In this document: positions 17,514 to 26,900 of the stretch, in pieces | How the letters are laid out: each line of letters opens with the position of its first letter | How positions within the stretch are numbered: position 1 is the first letter of the stretch | Origin: Candidatus Baldrarchaeota archaeon | GTDB taxonomy: Archaea; Asgardarchaeota; Baldrarchaeia; Baldrarchaeales; DXJG01 | DNA length: 32,000 nt | Assembly: GCA_019056805.1 (NCBI GenBank) | Contig: DXJG01000012.1 | Location: 15,118-47,117, forward strand | Reading direction: 5' to 3' | Translations under genes and position numbers: made by a program | Notes under the pieces: generated by a model | The model's database searches: none | What the model was told of the DNA's origin: nothing | Seen by the model: only the letters and a program-made list of their open reading frames with translations

Positions 17514-18251
17514 TTAGAGAATTCTTTTGCTGGGATATAAGATTTCTTCGATTGATGGACGTGACCAGGTAACATTTTTTAAGTGTTTTTTAGCTATGGT
17601 GGCAGCTTTTTTCAACTCGTCGATTGTTGGGCGTCTCCACGGGAAATTAGGAACTGGCATATATCCTATTATGTGGAAAGGTATGTTATCATCTATACTT
17701 GCTACAAACTCCGCTATTTTTTCGACTTCACCAACATCTACAAATTTGGGAACTAAAACGGTATTTGTTTTTAGTGTAATTCCCTTTTGATAACATTTCT
17801 CAAAGTTTTCGAGTACCTCTTTATTAGAGAAATTTCCTGTATATCTTCTGTGAGTATCTTCACTAATGGCTTTTATACTCACTACGGCGCTCTCTACTCC
17901 ATCGGGAGGCATTATTGATAAGTTGGTGTGACCAATGCCTACTCTTGCTCCGAGGTTCATTGCAAACTTAGCTATTGCTGGTAAATGAGGGTTGATAAGA
18001 GGTTCTCCGCCTAGAAACTTTACCTTTTCAGCTTTTTCATTCCGGTAATATTCTTCTATTAATTCTATTATCTTGTTTTCTGGTATTCTTTTGCATTCTT
18101 CTCCATTGCATGGATCTTTGATTCTATATGTGCATACAGAGCATGCCCAGTTGCAGCCGAAGTTGTAAATGAACAGGGTTTTTGTATGTTCCATGTATGT
18201 GACTTTTCTAAAGAAGGGGGTTTCGCAACGCCACCATTTCATTTTTATCAT
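17514..18251 (-). CDS. Radical SAM protein (short, PFL-activase-like fold)
   Basis: NFGCNWACSVCTY (CxxxCxxC), FLGGEP, TVLVP, IPFHIIGY; start (18251 or 18242) overlaps the ATPase 3' end. Confidence 0.92.
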   Translation of the reverse strand: MIKMKWWRCETPFFRKVTYMEHTKTLFIYNFGCNWACSVCTYRIKDPCNGEECKRIPENKIIELIEEYYRNEKAEKVKFLGGEPLINPHLPAIAKFAMNLGARVGIGHTNLSIMPPDGVESAVVSIKAISEDTHRRYTGNFSNKEVLENFEKCYQKGITLKTNTVLVPKFVDVGEVEKIAEFVASIDDNIPFHIIGYMPVPNFPWRRPTIDELKKAATIAKKHLKNVTWSRPSIEEILYPSKRIL

Positions 18252-19029
18252 CTCGTATTGTTTTTAAAGGTAAAATTCCCAGTATTTCACCATTTTCTCC
18301 CTCAACGATTCTAACATCTATCTTATAGACTTCTCCTATATTTTTGGGTGTGAGGACTTCACTGGGTGTACCAGCTGCAAAAATCCTTCCTTCTTTTAAC
18401 AAGATAATTTTGTCACAGAACCGTGCAGCTAGAGATAAATCGTGTAATGTCATAATAGTAACAAGACTATTTTCAATGGTGAATTCTTTTATTACGTCCA
18501 TTATTTGAAGCTTGTAATTTGGATCGAGATGCGAAGTTGGTTCGTCGAGCAAAAGAACTTTAGGTTGCTGAATAAGTGCTCTTGCTATATGTATTCTTCT
18601 TCTTTCTCCACCACTAACCTCATTTAATCCTCTTTCTAAAAATTCTCGGAGATCTAACTTCTCAATTACATTTTCGACAAGATTCGTTGCATTATAATCA
18701 AAAAGTTTGAACGTAGTTGTATGAGGGAAACGACCCATAAGTATAGTTTCTAAAACCGTGAATGGTGCAATTACATTTTCTTGAGTGACTACAGAAATCT
18801 TCTTTGCTAATTCTATTCTTGATACTGCTTTAATGTCTCTTCCATCGAGAAGAATCACACCTTGTTTTGGAATAAGTGCTCGGAAAATACATCTAAGTAA
18901 TGTTGTTTTTCCAGCACCATTAGGACCAAGAATTCCAAGAATTTCACCCTCTCCTGCCTCAAATGTAATATCTTCTAATACATTAACGCTATTGTAGGAG
19001 AAAGTAATGTTATGCACCTTCAATATCAT
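18208..19029 (-). CDS. ABC transporter ATP-binding subunit (FecE/BtuD-like)
   Basis: GPNGAGKTT Walker A, VSGGE signature, LLLDEPTSHLD, TLHDL. Confidence 0.95.
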   Translation of the reverse strand: MILKVHNITFSYNSVNVLEDITFEAGEGEILGILGPNGAGKTTLLRCIFRALIPKQGVILLDGRDIKAVSRIELAKKISVVTQENVIAPFTVLETILMGRFPHTTTFKLFDYNATNLVENVIEKLDLREFLERGLNEVSGGERRRIHIARALIQQPKVLLLDEPTSHLDPNYKLQIMDVIKEFTIENSLVTIMTLHDLSLAARFCDKIILLKEGRIFAAGTPSEVLTPKNIGEVYKIDVRIVEGENGEILGILPLKTIRDDKNEMVALRNPLL

Positions 19030-20053
19030 AGGTTATCACCTTTTTTCTTCTTTTTAGTAAATAAATGAAGAAGGGAACGCCAAAGAGCGATGTTATGATT
19101 CCTATTGGAATTTCAGCAGGTTGTATTACAACTCTAGAGATAAGATCGGCAAAGACAAGAAATGCTCCACCAAAGAATGCAGATGCTGGAATAAGAAATC
19201 TGTTGTCAGGTCCTATTACAAGTCTCACCATATGCGGTATAACTAGTCCAACAAAACCTATGGGACCAACATATGATACACAAACAGATACAAGTAGCGC
19301 AACTAAAATCACAATAACTTTTCTAGATTTATCAACTTCAACTCCCAAACTTTTCGCCGTATCTTCACCTAGCATCATGATATTAAGTTCTCGTCCAAAA
19401 AACAACGATATAACAATTAAGGGAACAGATCCCACAGCAACTACTTGAACTTCCTTCCATCTAATTCCTGTAAGATTTCCCATCAGCCAGAAAACTATAA
19501 CCTCGAGTTTTTCCCCTGCTACATACATCATAAACGAGGTTAACGCAGAAAATAGGGACGCTACTGCTATACCGGCAAGAAGAAGACCTGTCACTGGAAG
19601 TCGTCCATCCTCAGCTGCAACCACATAAGTTATCATAAGGGAAAACATTGCAAATATAAAAGCAAAAATAGGGATGGGGATTACGAACCATAGCTCCAAT
19701 ATAACTGCAAAAGCTGCGCCAAATGCAGCTCCCGATGAAATTCCTAAAACATAAGGGCTTGCAAGAGGGTTTCTGAAGACTCCTTGCACTAAGCAACCGG
19801 CTATTGCAAGTGAGGCCCCCACTAAACTTGCCATGAGTACACGAGGTAGTCTAACCTTCCAGATGATGATAGCATACAAATAATTTGACTCAGAAGATGA
19901 TCCTCTTAGTAAAATTTTTAATACAAGACTTGGGGGAATTTGAACTACTCCAATACTTACCCCTATAACCACGGATAGAATAAGTAATATTGCTGAGAAT
20001 ATTGTGAAAAGGATTTTCCTAGCAATCATTTGTTTGTAGATTTCAAGGACCAT
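19010..20053 (-). CDS. FecCD/BtuC-family ABC permease
   Basis: VRLPRVL, QGVFRNPLASPYVLGISSGA, LGEDTAKSLGV, GPIGFVGLVIPH, EIPIGIITS. Confidence 0.95.
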   Translation of the reverse strand: MVLEIYKQMIARKILFTIFSAILLILSVVIGVSIGVVQIPPSLVLKILLRGSSSESNYLYAIIIWKVRLPRVLMASLVGASLAIAGCLVQGVFRNPLASPYVLGISSGAAFGAAFAVILELWFVIPIPIFAFIFAMFSLMITYVVAAEDGRLPVTGLLLAGIAVASLFSALTSFMMYVAGEKLEVIVFWLMGNLTGIRWKEVQVVAVGSVPLIVISLFFGRELNIMMLGEDTAKSLGVEVDKSRKVIVILVALLVSVCVSYVGPIGFVGLVIPHMVRLVIGPDNRFLIPASAFFGGAFLVFADLISRVVIQPAEIPIGIITSLFGVPFFIYLLKRRKKVITYDIEGA

Positions 20054-20104
20054 CTACAGCACCTATATGTTGACTCTTGGAAGTATACTACTATGAGTAA
20101 AAAA

Positions 20105-20132
20105 GTGTTACTAAAAAATAAAAAAGTATTAC
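20105..20132. promoter_or_regulatory. Putative NikR-type operator upstream of the permease
   Basis: GTGTTAC-N14-GTATTAC on plus (GTAATAC-N14-GTAACAC on minus); shares the 14-mer AGTAATACTTTTTT with the upstream site. Confidence 0.6.
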
Positions 20133-20209
20133 TATATGTTTTTGATGGAAATGTGTAATGCTGTTTGTTTAGAACATAAAATGTTAGCTGCACAATTGTA
20201 TGAATTGTG

Positions 20210-21256
20210 TTAAAGTATTTCTGTGATCACCTTTTCTAACATGTCTTGCAACATGAATAGCTCGTGTAAGCATGTCATTTCTGTACTGGTCTGTACAGCA
20301 GATTTACTTGTAGCTGCTATTGTTATGTATCCTGAGGTTTCTGATACATTGACTTCAAAGAATGCCCATATCATGAACTCTAGGCCTTCAATAAATCTTG
20401 GAGATGCTGTTGCAATATGTCTATCGAGATGGTATATTTTTTCGTTCTTTACGGCGTTTATTTGATCCCAGCCAGCTCTGTTTGTGAAGTTTTCAAGGGG
20501 CAAATCGCTTTCATATAATATTACGTCTGGATTTGCTTCTATGATGTATTCATCGCTAAGTTTGGGGTAACCTGTAAGGTTTCCGGCAATGTTAATGCCG
20601 CCAGCAAGTTCTATCATTTGGTGTGTAAATGTGTTTCTTCCAACGGTCTTGTATGGTGAGTAAAGTTCTAGATACACTTTGGGTCTCGATGTAGTTTTTG
20701 TTAAGTTTTTAACAAGTGCTTCTATATATGCGACTCTAGTTTTCAAGTTGCTTACGAGGTCTTCTGCCTTTTCTTCAGCGCCCACTGCTTTTCCTAGCAG
20801 TAGAATATCGAAGTATATTCCCTCAATGGTTGTTGGATGTATATAGATCACTGGAATGCCTAATTCTTCAAGTTGTTGTAGTTTTTGTTCATAATACCAC
20901 CAAGCAATAACGAGATCTGGTTCCAGTGCTACAATACTCTCTATATCTGTGCTTCCTACAACGGTTTTGTTTTGTGCTTCTGGCGGGTCATCACTGTACT
21001 TATCAACTCCTACTACCTTATCGAAGGCTCCGAGATCGTATAGTGTTCGTGTTGCAGCTGCTGCGAGAGATACTACTCTCTCTGCTGGTTTATCTAAAGT
21101 TACTTCTCTTCCAAGGTCGTCAATCAACACTATTTCTTTTGGTACTTCCTCTACTTGTTGTCCTCTAAACATGTAGTAGCCGCCAACAAATCCGACGGCT
21201 AGCATAATTATTGCCACTATTATCACGGTGGCTATTTTTCCTGTATTTGTCGCCAT
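20210..21256 (-). CDS. ABC transporter substrate-binding protein (BtuF/FecB class III), N-terminal TM anchor
   Basis: DDLGREVTLDKPAERVVSL, IESIVALEPDLVI, IELAGGINIA, IIEANPDVI, WDQINAVKNEKIY, SPRFIEGLE; GGTGG upstream. Confidence 0.92.
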   Translation of the reverse strand: MATNTGKIATVIIVAIIMLAVGFVGGYYMFRGQQVEEVPKEIVLIDDLGREVTLDKPAERVVSLAAAATRTLYDLGAFDKVVGVDKYSDDPPEAQNKTVVGSTDIESIVALEPDLVIAWWYYEQKLQQLEELGIPVIYIHPTTIEGIYFDILLLGKAVGAEEKAEDLVSNLKTRVAYIEALVKNLTKTTSRPKVYLELYSPYKTVGRNTFTHQMIELAGGINIAGNLTGYPKLSDEYIIEANPDVILYESDLPLENFTNRAGWDQINAVKNEKIYHLDRHIATASPRFIEGLEFMIWAFFEVNVSETSGYITIAATSKSAVQTSTEMTCLHELFMLQDMLEKVITEIL

Positions 21257-21274
21257 ATACCTCGCCCACCTGAA

Positions 21275-21302
21275 GTAATACTTTTTTGTAGAGAAGTATT
21301 AC
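21275..21302. promoter_or_regulatory. Putative NikR-type operator GTAATA-N16-TATTAC
   Basis: Perfect 10-bp inverted repeat AGTAATACTT (21274-21283) / AAGTATTACT (21294-21303), between the TATA box and the RBS of the binding-protein gene. Confidence 0.75.
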
Positions 21303-21309
21303 TAAACGG

Positions 21310-21320
21310 TTTATAACTTT
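21310..21320 (-). promoter_or_regulatory. BRE plus TATA box of the ABC operon
   Basis: Minus strand AAAG-TTATAAA, about 55 nt upstream of the start codon. Confidence 0.6.
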
Positions 21321-21372
21321 ATCTAAAAATCCGGTAAAAATGGATAACTCACCTACATCTATGAATTAACTA

Positions 21373-21573
21373 TCAAATAACATTTGAAAAGAGTACAAGA
21401 AAAAATACAATCCGTTTAAAACCTTTATAGGTAAATGTAAGCTTTGATTCATCAATAATCCTCTCAGTGTTCATTAAAACTTTAACTCCTGTCATTGAAG
21501 CCAAAGGATACTTTGACCTAACAAAAATATTACTAACTGTAATTAGGCTTTTAACAGTATAGTGCCCCAACAA
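21373..21573 (-). pseudogene. Truncated remnant of a GGT-family N-terminus
   Basis: PLASMTGVKVLMN matches PLASMAGVKVLMN of the GGT gene; 22 identical nt (21470-21491 vs 17336-17357), then homology stops abruptly. Confidence 0.7.
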
Positions 21574-21741
21574 TACCCTACAAAATAACCTATATGTACT
21601 TAGTTTTCGAAAAAAAATAATTTTCGATACTTACATTAATGCCTTTCTTTGTTAAATAGTTGAAATTCAAATAACCGCAATTATTATATACAATTTTTTC
21701 GTCTTAGTAGGTCTATATGGGCATTGTTGGGTGATGGGTAA

Positions 21742-23616
21742 TTGAGGGACGCATATAAACTTATATATGCGATCCTAATTTTATCGTTGCTCATAATGCC
21801 GCAGATACACTTTCACTACGTGTTTTCCTTGCAGAATAGAGCAGATGAAAAGTACGCACCTGAGCCGAGTGAAAACTTGGTTTTTAACATTGTAGGTAAA
21901 CGTAGTGTTGCGGCTAAGTTTTCTGGGAATATTATTTATGTTAATGGTTCGGGTTGGTGGTTTGAGGGAGGACAATTCAACCCAAGTTCTACGCCAATAC
22001 AGTCCGCGATAAACAATGCAAGCATTGGAGATACAATAATCGTTAAAGATGGTGTATACGTGGAGAATATTGTTGTTAATAAAGCTTTGACGTTAATCTC
22101 TGAGAACGGTCCCGAAAAAACAACCATTACACCTTCCCAAACAGGATATAATGTGCCTGTGGTTAATATATCGGCTAGCAACGTAAAAATAAGTGGATTC
22201 ACAATAACGGGCGGATACCATGGAATTTATCTGAATTATTCAAACAACAACACGATAGCAAACAATATTATAACAAACAACACGTATGGAGTTAGGCTCT
22301 GGCATTCTAACAACAATACGATAACCAATAACAATATAACAGATATTAAACAAGCAGGAATAGACCTTTACGCTTCATCTTACAATACGATAATAAACAA
22401 CGTCATAAAAAACTGTACTTACAATGGAATTTACCTAGATCAATCAAGTAAAAATGCAATAAAAAATAACGGTATAGAGAACAACAAATGGGGAATTTAC
22501 CTTTTTGATCATAGTATTAACAACACGTTAATGAGCAATAATATAACAAACAATGACGAATATGGAATTTGGCTACGTGGTTCAGATAACAATACGATAA
22601 TAAACAATATTATAGCAAACAACACAAAGTATGGCATCTACATTTACCGCTCAAGTAATTGCATTATTTACTTGAACAACTTTGATAATACAAACAACTC
22701 TTATGTGTATGATTCAACAAATGTTTGGAGTTCTACGGAACCGCTAAAATATGCTTATTACGGGTATCAGTACTCCGGTTACCTAGGCAATTACTGGAGT
22801 GATTACACCGGTCCAGATGAAGATTGGAATGGAGTCGGAGATGAACCATATATTTTGGATGAGAACAACACAGATAATTACCCGCTAGTACAGTCTAAGG
22901 AAAACTACCTTATGGTAACTGAAACAGTTCCTCCTACGATCGAGACTAACATCGTTGAAGGCTCTTTCCTCAGAGACACTGTAATAATTGTTGTAAATGC
23001 TAGCGACGCTTCTGGTATACATAGAGTTGAACTCGTTATTAATGGAACTCCAATATGTTCAGATTACGATGCTCCCTATGAATTTGAATGGTACACGCCG
23101 ATTTACGAAGACGGCCTATACTGTTTGGAACTGGTGGCTGTAGACATATTTGGAAACATGGCTAACAAAACCGTTATCGTTATGGTCGATAATACTGGCC
23201 CAACTATTGGAAACCCTGTTTTGAGCCCAGAGAAACCCGTAGAAGGCGAAGATGTCAATGTGAGTGTTGCTGTAAGCGACGAGTTGAGTGGCGTAAAAAA
23301 CGTAACACTATGGTATAGTGTTGCTGGGGGTAGTTGGATACAGCTACAAATGAGTTTTGAAGATGGGAAATGGGTGGCAACGATACCAGGACAGGAAGCA
23401 GATGTAGAAGTCACATACTACTTTAAGGCTTATGACAAAGCTGGAAACCTCGCCTATAGCATGTACTATTCTTACAGAGTTGAGGAGAAGCAAAAGGAAC
23501 CAACAATATCGTCCAAACTTATGGCAGGTGTATTCGTGCTTATAGTAGGGGTGGCAGCTGGATTATTAATTGCATTAAAAAAGATGAAAACTAAAAAAAC
23601 TTCAAAAGTTACTTAA
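21742..23616 (+). CDS. Secreted NosD/CASH right-handed beta-helix protein with Ig-like domains and C-terminal TM anchor
   Basis: Signal peptide, IQSAINNASIGDTIIVKDGVY, Asn-rich NNTIxNNxIxNNxxGI coils, GNYWSDYTG, two DxxPP/GP-delimited Ig-like domains, TM then Lys-rich tail. Confidence 0.9.
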   Translation: MRDAYKLIYAILILSLLIMPQIHFHYVFSLQNRADEKYAPEPSENLVFNIVGKRSVAAKFSGNIIYVNGSGWWFEGGQFNPSSTPIQSAINNASIGDTIIVKDGVYVENIVVNKALTLISENGPEKTTITPSQTGYNVPVVNISASNVKISGFTITGGYHGIYLNYSNNNTIANNIITNNTYGVRLWHSNNNTITNNNITDIKQAGIDLYASSYNTIINNVIKNCTYNGIYLDQSSKNAIKNNGIENNKWGIYLFDHSINNTLMSNNITNNDEYGIWLRGSDNNTIINNIIANNTKYGIYIYRSSNCIIYLNNFDNTNNSYVYDSTNVWSSTEPLKYAYYGYQYSGYLGNYWSDYTGPDEDWNGVGDEPYILDENNTDNYPLVQSKENYLMVTETVPPTIETNIVEGSFLRDTVIIVVNASDASGIHRVELVINGTPICSDYDAPYEFEWYTPIYEDGLYCLELVAVDIFGNMANKTVIVMVDNTGPTIGNPVLSPEKPVEGEDVNVSVAVSDELSGVKNVTLWYSVAGGSWIQLQMSFEDGKWVATIPGQEADVEVTYYFKAYDKAGNLAYSMYYSYRVEEKQKEPTISSKLMAGVFVLIVGVAAGLLIALKKMKTKKTSKVT

Positions 23617-23946
23617 ACATGACTTGAAAGAAGTTAGCAGAAGAAGATACAGGGAATAAAATTAATAAAATTCTCATCTACTTTTTCCCTATTTTGCAAA
23701 TTTATTAAAGAATCTATTAACTTCAAAATCCTTTAAAATTTTGTCGATGTTTTAGGAAATAGTTTTGAGCTTTTAATACGTTTTCCTCATTAATAATGTT
23801 AAAATCGTCTTAATTTCATTTTCTTCGTTAATATCCGGCGAAATAGAGTTTATAATCATTGCAATTTGTATCTTAAATAATTGTCAAAAATCTTAAATCT
23901 AACGGTTGCTATATTTTTATATGAAATTCGATATGGGGGAGAGAAG

Positions 23947-26900
23947 GTGAAAAGGAATCTTGCACTTGTATTCTGCGTAATGATTGTAGTAGCCTTCATA
24001 CTGCCGTTGCCGTACATTACTAGCTTTTTGTTCCATGAAGGAAAGGTAAAAGTTTCTAAAAATGTTTTTAGTGAATCGTCTCCTTCTACAACAATAAAAA
24101 ACAGTCCTATCAGTGAAGAAGTGCCCGTTGTTATAGTTTTTCGTTCCGATATTTCGCCAGGCGATTATGAACGCATATTAGGTGAGATCTTAGGAAAGAC
24201 TGTGAAAATAGAGAGGGTTTATAGTCTTATACCAGCAATTTTCACCTCTATCTCTAGTAATGCAGTTTTGCGGATTGCGAAAGACCCTAGAATTACAGGA
24301 GTTTGGATAGATACAAAATGCAAGGTTATAGATGAGACTATGACATTAAAGGGAGATTCAGTCACAACCGAAGATTTGAGAAGTATGTACTCGATTCCAT
24401 GGTCTTGGGATAATACACCACTAACAGGAGAAGGTATAACTATCGCTGTTGTTGATACAGGAATTAATGCCTCTCATGATACACTTGATGACTTTGAGGG
24501 ATTGAAAAAGGGGCAGCCAAAAGTACTTGAAAATCTCTCAAAAAGTTTTGTTCCTTACGAATTAGATCCTCTTGAAGACTTAAATGGACATGGAACAATG
24601 GTGGCAAGCATTACTGCAGGAATTGATTACGAAAATGATTTCCTAGGATTTGCGCCAGGAGCAAGGCTTGTTTCGATTAAAGTAGCAGATAAAAATGGAA
24701 TTTCTCAAGAAAGCTGGATTCTTGATGCTTTTGAATATCTAAGTACACTTTCTGAAGTTAAAGTAGTGGTATTAGCGCTGGGAATTGGAGTTCAAGGGCC
24801 TTACTCTCCGCTTTCACAAGCGGTAGATGCTTTAATTGATGCTGGAAAAATAGTGATTGTTGCTGCGGGAAACGAAGGGCCTGCTTATGCATCTCTTTCT
24901 ACTCCAGCTGATGCCTTTAGAGCAATTACTGTTGGTGCTACTGATGCTTCTGGACAAAATGTGATAGGAAATAGTAGTGAACGTTCATGGCTACTTAGTG
25001 ATGGATGGGGGAGTTCAAGAGGGCCAACATTGGATGGAAGAGTGGGCTTAGATATAGTAGCGGTTGGAGAAAATGTTAAAGCAGCAACACTGGGAGGATA
25101 CAATGTTTTTAGTGGGACTAGTGTGGCAGCACCTCAAGTTGCTGGTGTAGTTGCGTTATTGCTTCAAATGTATCCTGATCTAAGCCCTGAAGCTATAAAA
25201 GCAGCACTAAGGAATTCTGCAAAGAAATTGAATAGTTGGGGAGAATGGGATCAGGGTGCTGGTATGTTGAATGTCACCGCATCGTTCCAATATTTAGAAA
25301 ACTACTCGAACAGAATGTATGTGGCTCCTATGCAATTACCAGGGTTTAACAATTTTGTGTTGTTCAGAGGAGAGAATGTTACATTTAAGCTTGAAGTAGG
25401 TAGTGATTTTTCTCTTAATGCAATAGTATTTGTACATGGAAATGCATCTGAAATTCTTTCAATAAATCCGTCTACTGTTTCGGGTACTGGTCTACATCTA
25501 TTAGATGCTTTCTTCAATGTCCCGGAAAATGCTTCTGAAGGACTTTATACGGGAACTGTAGAAATTCTCGATGCATCTGGAATTTCTATGAATGTCACTG
25601 TGTCTGTAGTGGTGAAATCTCCAAGAGTGGTTGCTGGTGTAGAAGTATCTAAGAATTTCTTAGGACTAGATTATTATTTCAGTGTCGACAAAGTATTTTT
25701 CGGAGGGTTCTTCCAAACTCGCATTAACAGTATTAAGGATAATATTTCACTAATAGACATAGATATTGAGCAAGATGATCTGTCAAAAATTGATGTATTA
25801 ATAATCTCTGACCCTGAATTTTCCTACAGTGGAAATGAAATTTCGAAAATTAACAGTTTTGTTGCAGAGGGCGGTGGGTTAATAGTATTTGCGGAAATTC
25901 CACAAACTGAAATAGGCACTTTAGGCTACGAAATTAAAGGATCAGTTAATACACGGTCGTTAAATGAAATAGTAAAGAATTATGGAATAAAAATAGATGA
26001 TAGTGAAAAATTTGCACACTACATTTATGCAATGTTGTCTCCCTACGTGGTAGCATATACGAATCACCCAATTTCTAGCGGCCTGATTTCCCTTCATGAA
26101 TGGACTGGATATACAGATATGTACAACGTATATGCTGGTGATGTCATCGAAGCATTAGGTTCAGCAGCAATAGAATATATAAAAGAATATGCAGAGCCTG
26201 TTGCTTTCTCAACAAGTACAGTTGGCAATTCTATAATTGGCTGCGAGTTTACTCCATTCATTGTTGCATCAAAAATATCAAGGGTAGTGGTGGTTGCAGA
26301 CTCTGACTTTCTAACTAATCCATTATACAATACTTATGACTATTTGTTCGAAAATCAACGTCTCTTTAGAAACCTCTTAGAATGGACGGGTAAAGTTAAT
26401 GTAACAGGAGAAACCTACACGGACATTTTGAGTTCTCAACAGAAAATTAAACTAGGGTATCCTATAATTGAAGATCTTATAATTTCGCCGAATACAGCGA
26501 ATCCTGTAACACCAACTATCTATATAGAGTTTAAAGCACGGGATAATGAAACGTCATCCTATCAACTCGATACTACAGTTTCAATATATCCATATTATCG
26601 ATATTGGATGCAAAGCGCGATCTGGCAATTTCCCGCCACCTACGATAGTAGCAGAGATGTGTTCTATACTTCCATTTCAAATACGTGGATAAAAGAAAAT
26701 CCAGGAGTATATATTGTAAATGTTACAGTGTTCGATGGAGAGCATTCAACTTCTACATTCGGAATTCTGAATATTTATGATGCCTATCCCGTTATTGAAA
26801 CAATTAGTGCCACGATCATTCATGATGCAAAACTTGATGGTACTTACTCCTTAGCGGGAATGGAAGATAGCCCAGAAAACTGGAATGTATCAATAGGAGA

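Noticed and set aside
18208-21256. Assigning btuFCD or fecBCDE gene symbols
   Set aside because: The family is clear but the substrate is not, and the operator evidence points away from a default B12 or iron call.
21607-21627. TCGAAAA-N7-TTTTCGA inverted repeat
   Set aside because: Short and A/T-run dominated; plausible by chance in this AT-rich gap.
22240-22700. AAC/AAT-rich quasi-periodic DNA that could suggest a repeat array or CRISPR
   Set aside because: Explained by Asn-rich beta-helix coils; there are no identical repeats with unique spacers.
23881-23946. Extended TTG start for the subtilase
   Set aside because: This stretch contains a TATA-like box and an RBS pointing to GTG 23947, which directly precedes the signal peptide.
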